Counted from the stretch's first letter, positions 1 to 13,566 are shown. The stretch is DNA of 64,000 nt from Calcarisporiella thermophila CBS 279.70 (GCF_041956535.1 NW_027192193.1:921192-985191); one strand, 5' to 3'. Notes: a model not told the origin generated them from the sequence alone. Numbers and translations are program-made.

Positions 1-879
1 TAATAGTCTTTATTCATTATTTTTTTTTTCCTTTTTCCCTTTAATTTTCCTATGTCTTCTATTTCATGTCTCACTTTGTAATAGGCTCTGCTTTCTTCTC
101 TGTATTCCACTCTGGTTTTCCCTCTCAGCATTGCCTAGGACTGGGCAATGGAGAGGGAAGACTCTACATTACACCCCCTCTCTTTACTACCCTACAATGT
201 TGACTCGTCTTACCCCGAAATACATTCTAATGAGATAATGTGAAGGCCAACCTATTTTTTGGTGCCCGGATAGGATCATTAGTGTCACGCATTATATTAT
301 TTCCACGCTATCTAAATTGGCAGGGGCATTTTGACTAGTAGGAATTCAGCTCCGTCTATGTATCACTCGGAATTGGAATATTGGGAACCTTAGCTAAGAT
401 AGGGCCCCTGGAGGTTCAGAAAAAAGTGGGTTAAATCAATCTAAATGAAAAAATAGGCTAGTTTTCAGATAAAACCCAAGATAAGGGTGTATTTTTATTG
501 CCAAGACATTTTCATAGAGGATGGATGGTTTCTATTGACAAGAGGGAAAAACTTTTGAGTCGACCATGAAAGAATCCTCCATCCTATACGTGGGATAGCG
601 CAAGAAATGAATCCAGGCATTCACTACTGATCCCAAAGCGGTCTAGACCTCTCCCAAAAAAAAAAAAAATCCAAGAGCTGGTTGACCCTTCCCTTCTACC
701 GCTGGGGGACTTCACACCCATCCCTCTTGGCGGGAATGGCCTGTAGGTACCAAACTAGTCCATAAGCAGTGTGCGCCCTTTGATGCTCTGGTGGATAAAT
801 GTATTCTCGTCTGCTAGCCTCTCCCCCCCCTCTCTCCCCAACCTTCCTCTCTTCCCCTCTCGAAGGCCTCCTCCCACCC

Positions 880-3156
880 TCATGTGGTTGAAGTTGCACC
901 AGAACTCTCGGCCAGATAGGCTGCAATTTTTTCCCCCAGTTCGATAGCCTCTCCTCCGACCACCTCGGCATATCTCAGCATGGTAGTGTGACATCTTCTC
1001 AAACAAGCGATCGAATGCTCCCTGGCCTGGGATAACGGGGAGAAGATGGCAAGACGGTGGTATATTTTGCACACGATATTCAAGGAATCGAAAAGTGAAG
1101 CGATACGGCAAAAACCACCGGGCCCATTCAACAGTGAAATAAGACGCTCGGTGATGAAGTCCGCGCCCGCAGTGCAGATATTCTCGGCGTGCTTCTCTAA
1201 TGAGGAAGGCCAGGGTGGCGATCTGTGAAGCGAGGAAGATTGCCAGTGGAACGTGGTAATTTGGAAAAAGAACGGTAAGTGGAGTTGAACGAGGGCGGTG
1301 GCGTAATACACCTCGAGTTCGCAGATTGCCTGGCGCGCATGAGGATGGGGACAAGTGTATGGGGACCGGTTGGGCCCCCTTTCCCGTGGAATGGCTTGCC
1401 ACCACGACTTCAATCTTCGCTCAAACTCGAGAATCACCTCGAAGTTTAGCCCGGTGTGAGACTGCATGGGGGAGGCACTACGCTCGTGGCACCGCGAAAC
1501 GAACTCTCCTAGAATATATCTCAATTTCCCGATCTGCACCGTGGCCCACACGCACACGCCCAGTTCCTCGCCCTCTCCCTCCAGCAAGTTCGGCATTACC
1601 TGAACCGAGTATCTGTCGGGAATCCTTGTGGAGGGCGGATGCGACCTGATCACCCTCTCCTGATGGATCATCGCGATGGCCCATTGGAGGCGTTTTCTCT
1701 CCTCCACATGAATCCTCGTCTGGATATCAGGCGCGCAGGTGAACTCTGGACTCGGGACAAGGTCGAGATGTTTCTGGGCCAAGATGAGAAAGCATGAGTC
1801 CACCTGGGTGAAGTGGGTGCAGCTTTGTAGGGTGAGGAGCGTACGAACGATGGCAAGAGAAGAGGGGCCGTCATAGCGCTCCCGCTGTATACCAAAACCG
1901 TTAAAACATTAAAAAATAACCACTGTAGCCTCTTTTTTTTTTTCTTCTTCAATAATGCTTCGCTGAGGGCTGAAGCAAAGACATTCTTACCAGCAAATCC
2001 AGTGCGTAACCAAATGCCTTCTTCCCCAACCCCATCAAGACGTCTCTCTCTCCGTGTGATTTCAGATGCGAGGTCGAACAATGGTACGCCGCCCATGCCC
2101 ATATGGCCCAAACAAGCAGCTTGTCAAGCTTATTTCCCCTGTACCCATCAAGAAAGGTTTCGCGAAACGGAACATGACAGAGATGAAAACAGTCAACATA
2201 GACTTCGATCAAGCGATCCAACCATCCAGGGAGCATTGGGTGCTGGAGATAATGACTGAGAGGCATCTCCGATGACTGGGCCAGAGAGAGAGAAGGTGGG
2301 GGGCGACGAAGAGAGTAGGGGCCGTACTCCTGCTTGAAAGCAGTTGATAAATATGCAGAGATAGGAGCTGTCTCTCCGTGGGCAGCGACACTTCTCACCT
2401 CCAGTGGCCGCCTATGCTCTCCACTCCTCCTTGCCTCCAAGATCCTGACCATGTCTCCGTACCTTTGAACATTGGTGTTAATCTGTATGCCTCCTCCCTC
2501 GCCTCCTTCCGTTCTCCATTGAGGCGGTAAACTTAGCCTCATAGCCAATGCTAAAGCTTCGCTCGTCTGAGATGAATTTTGCTGAAGGAAGGAGAGGACG
2601 GTTGCATAGAGATTGCGCCAGCGCACCTCGAGATCCTCTATTGTCCAGCTTGCTTGTCCAAGCCGTGTTTCAAACGTGAGGAGGAATGCGGTAAGGTCGT
2701 TGGCGATGGGAGGGTAAACGCAGAGTGCATTGTCGGTTCTGCAACGAGCGCAAGCGGGACGCTCCATCCCGCACCTCACCTACAGGTTGAGAGAAGGAGT
2801 TAGTCGAATTGGGAACTTTGCGAATTCTTGAAGTGTCTAACGGTGGAGCCAAGTGATATAATGTATCTATATCGGCAGCCACGGGTCCACCTGTAAAATT
2901 ATGGACTCCTCTGCCATCTCTACAAGGTTACCGGGCTTGCCGGGATTACCTTTCGAGAGCGACACCGGGTGCATGCCTTGAGCGAGAAACGGGGGGATAG
3001 GACGGCCACGCCGCTTCCCCGATGGTCCGCTGGCTCTTCATCCACGGCCTGCCGTTGTGACCCTGCCTCCTCGATTGGGGCTCTCGGAGAGCATGCTCTA
3101 CTTGATTCGTTTCTGGAGGAAGCATCGCGGCTTGTGCTCTTATATTCAGACCTCAT
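880..3156 (-). CDS. Zn(II)2Cys6 fungal transcription factor with C-terminal regulatory (MHR-like) region; 3 exons
   Basis: Exon 1 ends ACTRCRSRK and splices (GTAATC..CTGTAG, 2949-2780) to VRCGMERPACARCRTDNALCVYP, completing the six-Cys cluster. A second intron (~1990-1885) joins in frame to ORF 880..1803. Confidence 0.9.
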
Positions 3157-4014
3157 CCACCCCCGCCCAAAAACAAGTTGTATACAGTTTCAGCACGTGA
3201 ATCCGAGGATATAAAGCATGAACAAATGGCTGGAGAGATAGGTCTGAATCTACAGAAGAACACTTCTCGAGCAAAACATAGCCAAGAGGTAGTTCAGACC
3301 TCTAAGAGATTTCTAGAATCAAAAGCGAACAAGCAAGCAAACAAGCAAAAAGGAAACGAACCAGAAAATAAATAAATAAACAAAATATATAAGAGGAAAT
3401 AAAATGGGGCCAGAAAAGCTTTGTCGGAGAGCGCGTCGTGTTAATAATCGTATAGGCAAGGCTTTAGCTGAAGCTTATTTCGAACTGTTGAAATTTATAT
3501 TATGGTTTTGGTACCCCCATTATAAGTTTGTGACGCTCTTCGTAGTGGTTCCTTGGAGAAGCCCAAACCGTGTCGAATGGACCGGCTGGATCCCAGAGGC
3601 AACCTGGGCCCATTTTATCGTGCAGGGCGGAGTTCCCCCCGCCATCTCACAAGGGGGAATCGCTAGCATGTCCGAAAGGCTTTGTCGGGTGTAAGTGGCC
3701 AAACGAGAGTCTATTGCCTCTACCATGAAAGGCAGAAAGGAGTATATGGAAAGGTGCAGATGATCTAGTTGAGTCCGAACACCCGGCCATCCGGAGCTTC
3801 AGCCACCTGGCTCCATTAGGTATGGCCGAGATGCTTCCTCTCTTCCCCCCTCTCCTCCGATATTAGTAATCTTGTCAAGTCATTGCGCATGGAGTCTTCT
3901 CTTCACGAGGCTAAAAAAAATCCTACTCAATCTGCGATGCTTGAATATCCTATATGCAAGGAAATGCTAGAGGCCTAAAAGCTATGGGAAAGAAAAAGGG
4001 AGGAATTTTGACAC

Positions 4015-4700
4015 TTATTCTAATCTAACACGATCTGGTATATCCTTGTGATACGAGAGTACAGGCACGCTTGTTCCATCCTTCTCGATACAGATATCGG
4101 AAACGATATACTTGTTTTGCGCCGAGAGTGTATAAGTGGTTGATATCTGGAATCCGGGGATCGAGGAAACACTACAAATCCCAGCACCTTCCTCCATCGT
4201 CATATCGTACTCCCCAACGAAGCCACATTGTGTAACGGACAAGCAGCTCTTCCCAACAGATAAAGGGGGCTGAATAGCGAGCGCAGAATGAATCCGGTCT
4301 ATACATTGGAAGCTGGCGAAGATGAGAATCGTATGAAATATGAAAAACTACGAGCTTCTACTAGGTGCTCAGCATGTTTGTCGGTCAGTGTGGTGGAAGT
4401 TAAAATACCCTCAAGGTCGATGGGCATGCAGTCTCTGTGAATGGCCCTATCTTATTTGGAGCTTTATTGTTATCGACTTTGAAGAGTCGGTAGAGGATGG
4501 GTGGAGTATTCTTGTTAGAGAGAGGTGCGAGGAATTGAGGTTGAGCGGATCGAAGTGGCTGAGCAATGTCCATGTGCAAAGACACCGCATCTATTTTTGG
4601 GACGGAGATGGAGCCAGAATGGAATCAAAAATCAATTATTGCTTAACCACTCAATCCATTTCCGCCGATGCGTTGGCAGATCCGAGCGCCCATATATGTT
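4015..4700 (-). CDS. Possible small spliced hypothetical protein
   Basis: ORFs 4400..4585 and 4015..4242 can be joined in frame through a GTATTT..CTCGTAG intron with a CTGAC branch-like site. No family recognised and the start is uncertain. Confidence 0.3.
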
Positions 4701-5338
4701 CGAATGGGATCGCGTGGATTTGAACAGAGGGCCGAAAGGCCGGAGAGGCTTCATTCGTCCGGTAAGACAGAGAGAGCCGCTCTCTTCTTCCGCAGCTTTG
4801 AGTCTTATTTGCTCAGCCGAGCAGAGGATTGGGAGAGGGGCACGCCGGGAGGGATGGACCAAGAGTGGCCTAGTTAGAGTTCACCGATCTCCACGCATCG
4901 AAATATCATGCAATGGGGTTTGCAGCCTATCTTCTCGAAACGATCACGTTTCGAGGGCAACGGACAGATAGCGCGTGCGGCTGGGGGCAAAGCCTGTTTT
5001 GACATTGTTCTCGAAAAAGAAGGGACGGGAATGCAAGTGCTGGCCACGGCCATAGAGCAGGGAGGGAAAAATCCAGTGGCGTTCCTTGATTTCGATTTCC
5101 CTATTTTGGCAGACGTCTAGAAACTGCCAAGTTCCAATCCTCTTTCCCCACCTGCTTCTAGGTATTTAGGATTGGACTGGTTTTTTTATCTCGCTCTCAT
5201 TCCGACTTCGTTCATGGCATCCATTCGACGCTAGAGCCGAATGCGACAAGTCTACCTCTGTTGGATAACAAGCCACCTCTACATTCTTCAGGATAAAAAG
5301 AACAGGAAATGAAAATTAAAGGATCGACAGAGGAATCG

Positions 5339-8108
5339 ATGGCTCCTCCAACGGCGCCCCCCATCAGTAAATAAATCCTGCAGCTCGAGCATGAAAAATG
5401 GTCGGATGCATCAATTAATGTTTTTTTTAACTTGAATAGAGAGAGTTCTCTTCTTCGTGCATGGGATGGGCCAGCAGTACGAAAAGCTGGGCAATCTACC
5501 TCATCATGGTATGTCTCAGATGCGATGGTGTGCTATTTTTGGCAATGGAAAGTCATTAACATCTTTCCGTTCATAGTTGAGACGCTACAGCAAAACATCG
5601 ACGACATGCTGCGCACCCTCTACCCCCATCCCGACAATTTTGTTAAAGTTATACCCATAGGTAACATTCCGCGGCTGATGGGCGGCTGATGATGTTCTAT
5701 GCTTAGCATCTCTTCTTTCCACTCTAGAATGGCACAGCGGCTTACATAAGTTGGTGGACCATAAGATCGAAAAGTCTACACTAAAGACGGTCCCAAAAGT
5801 GCGCCTCCTCGCGAATGAGTGGATTTCGGATGTAATTTACTGTGAGTAAAACATTAACTTGAGTTCATGGCCTTTGTGCTACCTGAGCAATGTTTGCAAA
5901 CGCGATGCATTACTCTAACTATCTATTTCTTCTATGTGTTTCAAAAGACTTTACGAATGAGTATGGGCAGGTCATGGTTGATATTATTTGTAAGCAGCTC
6001 AACGAAAAGTACGCCGAGTTCCTTGCCGAAAACCCCGACTTCGAGACAAGTGGTGGCGAGGCGTCGGTCATCTGTTTTTCGCTCGGCGGGATACTCATGT
6101 ATGACATACTCGCGCACCAAGTCCAAGACGTACAGACGGGGGGGAAGTATCCCCACCGGGTTCCCAAGTTGGACTTCAAAATAAAACACCTCTTCACTTG
6201 TGGTAGCCCTGTGGGTAAGTCACCTGCCATTGCCTTCCTCGCTTCCATTCCCTGAAGAGCCCCTTACCCCTGACTTCTTTTACTCTTTTTCCGTTTAGCC
6301 GCCGTCATCGTCATGCGCAGCCAAGAAATGAAAGAATACCCGCTTCCCGATTACTGCCGTTTGCACAACATCTTCCACCCCTATGACCCCCTCGGATACC
6401 GGACAGAGCCGCTCATCGACGACCTCTATACCCAAGTGCCTCCCGTCGTTATCGAGCGCACCAAACGGAAGCGTATTCTCCCCAAGGGCGTGCTTCCGTC
6501 TCTGGGTCTGCCGTCGCTTACCACGCTGGGCTCGACTTCGCTCCTCGTCAAGGCAAAGGGCTTGTTTTATCGAAAGTCGGTGTCACAGCAGGAGGGGTTC
6601 TTTCTGGAAGAGATGGGGGAATACCGCTACAGTGCCGATCGCCGTGCCCAAAAGCACATGCAATTGCGCCGGCAGAAGAGTGCCGACTCTCTTCTTCTCG
6701 TCCAAAATGGGCTATCCGCCCATCATAACGATGTCATCTCTGGCAGTGGGGATGCCGAGCCGACCCCAGAGGATATCCAGCATTTAAGCGTCAACGTGAA
6801 GCTGGATATCACAGAGACTCGAAGACAGTCTGGATTGTACCTCCGACGGTCTCAGTCCGTTGTCTCCCTGGAGATGGTGGAGGAGGGAGGGGATGAAGCC
6901 GATTCGGGCCTAATGATACCCGGTGCGAGCAAAAAGGAGCAGCAGCCATTGCCGGGGGTTTCGCCCTTGCAAATAGTACCTAACGGCAACATGAGTAGTC
7001 CGAGTCTTCCGCCGGAGCATGACAGCGAAGACACATGGTCTCCAGAGGACTCTTCTTATGCGAGTGACACCGTTAAGCGGCACGCCCAGAAGGAAGAGCT
7101 CAGCATAAGGAAGAAGCTGATGAAATTTGCAATGAGTTCAAGGGGTTTGTCCAACCCCTTTCAATCGAGACCCGAATCCCCCCCCACTTCCTCAGCCTCT
7201 TCCTATAGTTCCAGTGACGGAGCTCGAGATAGGACCGAGAGGCAGTCGAGGCTGATGGACGTGGCTGGTTCTGTGGCGAAGGCCGCCCTTTCCACCCTGT
7301 CTGTGGTTGGTGGATTTGGGGTGGAGCCTGCTGCCTTCGAAAAACACTCGCATGCTTCTCAGTACGAGAATGAAAAGATGGCAAAGGCCTGGCAGGGCAA
7401 GGGGGAGGAGGAGGAAGTGGAGAGGGAGGAAGTGGAGAGGGAGGGAGTGGTGATTGATAAGGAAAAGACGAAGGTGGATGGAAAGACTGGCGAGAAAAAA
7501 AAGGAGGAAAGGGGCAAGAAGGAGAAGAAAGAGGAGCGAAAAGAGATGCACGAAGGCGAATCTCCGCAAAATAAATCGGATAGTGCTTCCAATGCTGAAT
7601 CCACTTCGGATACGAGCCCGGGTCGATCCGACTCTCCCAAACTCGACGATCCCGGTACGGTTCGGCCACGCATGGACTACGTGCTGACGGAAACGCTACT
7701 TGACAACTACGCGAACGAGTGGATCGTGGCCATCAAAAGCCACTTCCGGTATTGGGCAAACAGGTAGCTTAGTGCATCCGCCGATGAATGTGTGTCGATT
7801 TATTGCTTACTCTTTTCCTCTCTTTCTTTTCCCTCTAAAGAGATGTGGTGCTCCATGTTTTGCGGACTTGGTGTTGCGACGGGAAGCATGGAAACGGAGA
7901 GATGGAGAGAGGCCAAGGGCCCGCCCACGAGACTCTGGGCGTGGGCAATGGGAAAGGGGAGGAGCACTTGAACGAGATAGACTCGGATGAGTATTCATCG
8001 GATAACGAGTCTGTAGAGTTCTTTAGCCCGCAGGAATTCTTCACGCCTATCGACAATGCTGAGATCGAGAAGGTGCTGGACGAATTTTCCCTGGGAGAGA
8101 GGGCTTGA
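5339..8108 (+). CDS. DDHD-domain phosphatidic acid-preferring phospholipase A1 (Ddl1/DDHD1-2 family)
   Basis: Spliced start MAPPTAPPIKRVLFFVHGMGQ, lipase motif xFSLGG, LFTCGSPV, and DDHD motifs NIFHPYDPLGYR, RMDYVL and SHFRYWANRD. Confidence 0.88.
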
Positions 8109-8859
8109 CACCGCACTTAACTCACGTCTAGACCACCCAAGAATCCTTATTTCATTATATGTTGTCACGTCTACTATATCTCCTAATATACTCTCCCTTC
8201 TCTATTTGGTTACCGGACTTTTTCCTTTTTGTTTGTACTGTATAAGTATATTTTGCCATTTCTTTTTATTTTAAATTCTCTTGACCCAATGACACGATAT
8301 CTTATCCTATTCAATATGATGTTCTATTTTTCTATTTAAACCTTATTCTTGATTTGGCGACCCCCTGGACGACCTTGATTCCTATTCTCTCTGGGACTCT
8401 CCCCCGAGGCCAGGTAATAAATGGTGTATCGGAGCTCTGCATAGTATGCCATCCCATGCTCTCTGTATGAGGGCCGCTCTTCGGTTTTCCCTCCCGGGGG
8501 GCACCGCATTCGGGTATCGCCTCTCCGATGTGAAATTCACATGCATGTAGCTAGGAGGGTGCAGGGGCCGCTAGTGTATGAAGGGTGCATCTATAGATGC
8601 TTTTTAATTTAGAGAAGGCCTACGCTCAGCGAGATATCTCGATGGGAGAGGCGTCCATAGGCCCTTGGCGCTACATGCGGATAGCTTGCTAGCGAAGCCG
8701 ATGCGCGCTTTGACCTCTTCCTGGCCCTGGGCTCGTGCGCGCGCCGGGCAATAATGCACGAGGGACATTGCCCCGGCTGTTATGGCGCCCCGTCTCCAGA
8801 AAATGAGGCTTGGGCCGATTCGCCTCCCGGCCTAACTTAGTCGAGCGACGGGCTAATAT

Positions 8860-8945
8860 GTCACCGTCCCCTCTTCCAATTCCAACGCTTGGTCCCCATG
8901 CAGCCAATCAGCGCACAGCATCTCGGCAGGGGATTGGGCGAAAAT
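8860..8945 (+). promoter_or_regulatory. CCAAT-box cluster upstream of the AGC kinase
   Basis: CCAAT at ~8876 and ~8903 (gccaatca) and reverse ATTGG at ~8933, next to a CG-rich segment (8690-8850). Confidence 0.4.
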
Positions 8946-9314
8946 TTTAGGTAGGTTCTGATTTCGTTTATTTTTCAGGAGGATTTTGGATTCTGCGCTC
9001 TTTGTCCTTGGCTCTTTCGCGTTCTCCTTCCCCCAACAATCAAGAGAGCCGCCGAGAGGGAGAAAAGAAGACAAGAAAATCCGAAAACGAGAAAATAAAG
9101 GGTCTGCGGTCTTTGGAGTCTCACGATTGCTCTGAAGAGAGTACCGCCCTTTGTTTCTTCATCCCCCTCTTCTTCTTCTTGTTTTCTTTTTTTCTTGTTG
9201 AATTTTGCTTCAGCTGGAATCTCTTTTCTTTTTTCGTCTCTTCTCTTTCAACCTATCCACTCCTTTATCTTTTTTTTTGTTTAAGTCTTGAAAGAAAGAG
9301 GTGTAGAGCAAATC

Positions 9315-11462
9315 ATGACACGCGCGGTTCACAAGTTTGCTAATCCGATCACGAAGGCCCTCGATCTCACAAAGAAATCGGCGGTGGGAAGTAACGAGAT
9401 TTTTCCTATTGCTTCTTTGAGGGTCAAGGCCGATATCACATGGGTGCCGGAGCAAGTTCGTATCGCAGTAGTAGACGTGTCAACCACGAAGACTATGGTG
9501 AGTTTTATTCCCTTTGCAAAGACATTTTCTTTTCCCCCCCCAAAGCTGGAAATGCATTGTTTTTAATGATAATTTTTTGCTCTTCTCCCCCTTGCTTTAC
9601 GACTATTCAAGCTCTTCAACGTTATGATCGAAGATGAGAAGCAGGTCGCCTCTCTTACGCGAGGAATTCCTGACTTCGTGCAGCTTGATAAGAATCTGCA
9701 GAGGTTGCCGATCAAATCGCGTCCCAACCTCCCCAACTTGGAGGCCGATCGCCGCCGCTCGTTCCTCTTCAGCAATCTGTTCCCATTCAGTACTAGCAAA
9801 AAGACAGTTGCTGAGAAGCTGGGAATCTACTTGCAGAAAGTGATGACCACCGAGTTGCTGGCGCTGGACTGCGTCAAAGATTTCTTCTACCCCCGAATTG
9901 AGGATTCTTATCTTGTTCGCGATGAAGCCATTTTGGAGAAGCATCAGCAGCAGCAGTGCCCAAAGCCGGAGGCCGCCGAGGACGAGGCTGCGTGTAGTAT
10001 CCCGATCAAACGAAGCCGAGACTCCTTCACCCTGCGCGAGGTTCAAATGGGCGACTTTGACCTGATCAAGGTGCTTGGCAAAGGATGCATGGGCAAAGTG
10101 CTGTTGGTGCGGGATCCCGAGGGCCAGCTGCGCGCGCTCAAGGCCATCAACAAGGACTGGGTGGTGCTGCAGCGCGAGATTGAGCATACCAAGACGGAGC
10201 GCGATATTCTTGCGGCCGTGGCCCGCACCCAACACCCCTTTCTGATGCGTCTGTTTCATGCATTCCAGACGAACGAGCACTTGGTGTTGGTGATGCAGTA
10301 TTACCCCGGAGGTGATATTGCCTCACAGCTAGCTCGGTGGTATAAGTTTGACCCGGAGCGCGCCCGCCTGTACGCTGCCGAGATTGTGTTGGGGCTCGAA
10401 GAGCTCCATCGCCTGGGCGTCGTCTACCGGGACCTCAAGCCGGAGAACATCCTCATCGGCGAGGATGGGCACCTTGTGCTCACCGACTTCGGCCTGTCCA
10501 AGAAGTTTAGCTCGGAGGAGATGGCCGCCGCGGGCGAGAACGACCTGAAGACCAGCACTTTCTGCGGCACGGCCGAGTACCTGGCTCCCGAGCTGCTGCG
10601 TGCCGAAGAATACGACTTCTCCGTCGATTGGTGGAGCCTGGGCACGCTGCTCTACGAGATGCTGACGGGCTACACCCCCTTCTGGGCCGACACGCAGCAG
10701 GATATGTTCACGAGGGTGCTTGAGGACGATGTAGAATTCCCCGCCGACTTCGACGAGGATGCCGCCGACCTCATCTGGGGCTTGTTGCAGCGCGATCCCG
10801 CCAAGCGGCTGGGCTCCGCCGAGGGTGCCGCCGCCATTAAGGCGCACCCCTATTTCGCGAGCTTGGATTGGGAAGCGGTGCGTGCGAAGCGTGTCGCGGC
10901 TCCGTATGTGCCCGAGCTTTCCGGCGAACTCGACTTCTCGCACTTTGATGAGTGCTTCCTCGAGATGGAGGCGTGTCTGTCGCCTCCCGAGCACGACTTG
11001 AGCGAGGATCTGCGGGAAGTGTTCGCCGACTATGCGTTTAATGAGACGTTGGCCGTCTGTGAGGCCAGGGCCAGGGTGGCCGAATCGGTGGTCGAGAAGC
11101 CGGTCCATCGTCCGAAGAAGCGTCGCGCTGCCGAATTGGACGAGGAGTGCGAGGCGAAGGACGAAGTGGCGCAAGGGGACACCAGGCCCGTCAAGCGACG
11201 CCATCTCTCCCCTCTGCCCCCGAACATCGGAAATAGGGGCAGGAAGACGGAGGGGGGCGAGAAAGACAAGGCGGAGAAGAGGGAGTTCTTGCTCCGCATC
11301 TGTGATCTAAGCGATTCGAAGCAACTCGTTTGCGAGACGCCGGTTAAAGTGGAGGGAAAGAGAGTGGAGTCGGTGAAGCCGAATAAGAAGAAGGGAGAGC
11401 TCACCAAAGAGAAGAAGATTACCTCAGTGAATTACCGCATTGCAGCCACGATTCGCTGTTAA
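9315..11462 (+). CDS. AGC-family Ser/Thr kinase (Akt/SGK/Ypk/Sch9-like) with N-terminal PX-like domain; 2 exons
   Basis: LGKGCMGKV, ALK, YRDLKPEN, DFG, TFCGTAEYLAPE, DWWSLG and an AGC C-tail. Intron ~9499-9611 (GTGAGT..AG). Confidence 0.93.
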
Positions 11463-12378
11463 CACGCATTGCATGTCCATTTGAACGTCACCGCGAGAGA
11501 TTCGGAACAGCATCGAAAAAAATATATATCTCTATTCTTTCTAGTTTGGTTGTTTTATTTTTCTAGACCATACATCGTGGAGATGTTTTCCCCTCTCATG
11601 TCAACTAGAGTCATTCTCCCTATATAGACGTTTTTTTTATCTCTATTTAGTTCATCAAGGTAAACTTCTCTCTTATTTTTTGATTTTCCCCTTACCCGAG
11701 CTCCTCCTTACTTATCCCTATACAGCCCAGAACTGGCCTTCCTTTCCTTACTTTTAGCCTTTAGTCTTTCTCTATCCCACTCCTTATACTCTTAGAAATA
11801 TTCCTGCCCATTCATTTCCCTAGTAGTTTGTGCTTGTCCTTCCCCTTCCCTCTCCCACCTTACCCTCTAGTCTCTTGCCGGCAGAGCTGGAATGGATCCG
11901 GTGTGCCTCACCTATTGCCATGCGTGCCCATCCTACATCTGATTACGTTCTTTATCCTCTATCCATTAAGATGCCTCCTTTTGAATGGATGGTTATTGCA
12001 TGCTACTTTTTCTATATATACATACATATATATATATCGTGTGTGTGCACAGAGCATTTTCCACTCTAGTATGCTATCTTCCCTTTTTTTTCTCATTTTT
12101 ACTTTCTCCTTATTATTCCCTTATAATCCTCTTTATATTTCTATATTGACCATCACTATATTATTTTTCTTGAGCTGATATTGTTTTAAATCGCTCCTCT
12201 TTAGCACTTTTTTCTTTTTTTTTTTCATATTATGCTACTGAGAAGGGATTGTTCGGAAAATAAAGAGGTTTCATTAGTAGAGATTCAAGTAGGTTAGGTT
12301 AGCTGAAACTATTTTTTTTTTCCAACCGAACTCCTTGCCCCTTATTTTGATACGTTAGAGCTCCAGTAGATTAACACC

Positions 12379-13566
12379 ATGATGGATTTAGACGAGCCGC
12401 TTGGCCGAAAGGGACAATTCCGAACCAGAAGAACAATACTGACAGTCGATCCTGTAAGCATTTAGGCTTGATCAATATTTCTTTTTGATCATCGACCACC
12501 ATATGGGAAAAGGAGAGGCGGCTTGATCACTGACGATTGAACCCAATTTTAGGAGAAAACACGCGGCGATTTGAATCAGCCTTGGAAGCATGATCTCTTC
12601 GATGCATCCAACGGCAAGTCGAAGGTGCATCGTACCCAGAATGTTATAATCAAAAAGGCAATCTCGCAGGCCATGCCTCTGACCAAGCGGATTGGGCGTG
12701 CAGAGGGTTTGCTAACACGGAAGATGAGGCAGACGTTGGCTCAGACAGCAAGGGCAGAGGCACAAAATCAATCAGGCGAGAAGCAGTTGGTGGCAGGGTC
12801 CATCAAAGGCTCTGCGACGATGCTGGCGCGACAGCGGCTGACTGGCGGGTTCTCGATCAAGGGAGAAGCATCTGGGCCAGCAACAATAGTGGTCAGTAAT
12901 CTGGAGAGTGGCACAAGTGCAGACGATATCAGGGTAATGGAGATGGCTAGATCTGAGCTCATATTAGTCCAGATGGACTGATCTCCACTTCCATTTCTTA
13001 GGTGGTGTTTTCTCAGTTTGGGCGAATCTTGTCGTGCAGCGTGGTTTCTACTCACGGCCTGCGTGGAAGTTTTAACACTGCGGAAATCGAGTATGAGTCG
13101 CGGCAGAGTGCAATGGAGGCGATCAAGAAATACAACAACGCTATTGCCGACAGTAAGTGGAGCTGGCTAGTGACCCGTTTTTATCCCCAGGCACACTCAC
13201 TGACCTCCCCCTCCCCCTTCCTATTTCCCAGATCGTGTCCTCAAGGTGGAGCTTCAGTCGCAAACTTCTGACGATAGTTTCACCGACTACGTCCCAAATC
13301 CTCGCCCACCCTCTCAAAATGTTCTTTCCCAGCCCCTCTCTTCGCGCCCCATCATCACCACCTCCTCCCGGTTACGCAATACCGGCAAAATGTACTCAGA
13401 CCAGCTGGAGGAGCAAACGACGCGAATCCCCCCCACACAATCGGATGACACGGGCCGATCGCCACGGGTTGGTATCACCGGGGCGGCCAGATCGATAATT
13501 ACTCGACGAGTTGGGGGTGTAAGCGGGAATAGCGAAAGAAAACCGACTTTTTCGGTTAGGTTTTAA
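12379..13566 (+). CDS. ALYREF/Yra1-like mRNA export adaptor (RRM); 4 exons
   Basis: N-terminal MDLDEPL (UBM-like), the WKHDLF motif, and an RRM IVVSNL..DDIRVVFSQFG..AMEAIKKYNNAIADNRVLKVEL assembled across introns. Confidence 0.75.

Noticed and set aside
1-700. Possible transposon end or telomere-associated sequence
   Set aside because: No terminal repeats, telomeric repeats or transposase/RT fragments were recognisable.
7100-7673. Phe/Leu/Pro/Ser-rich antisense ORFs
   Set aside because: Mirror of the purine-rich Glu/Lys-coding segment of the DDHD gene.
9603-11407. Long antisense ORFs (225, 291 and 125 aa) over the kinase
   Set aside because: Shadow frames expected from strongly GC-biased codon usage; no independent motifs.
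11828-12178. Hydrophobic 116-aa ORF resembling a membrane protein
   Set aside because: Non-ATG start in pyrimidine/TA-rich sequence that looks like the kinase 3' UTR.
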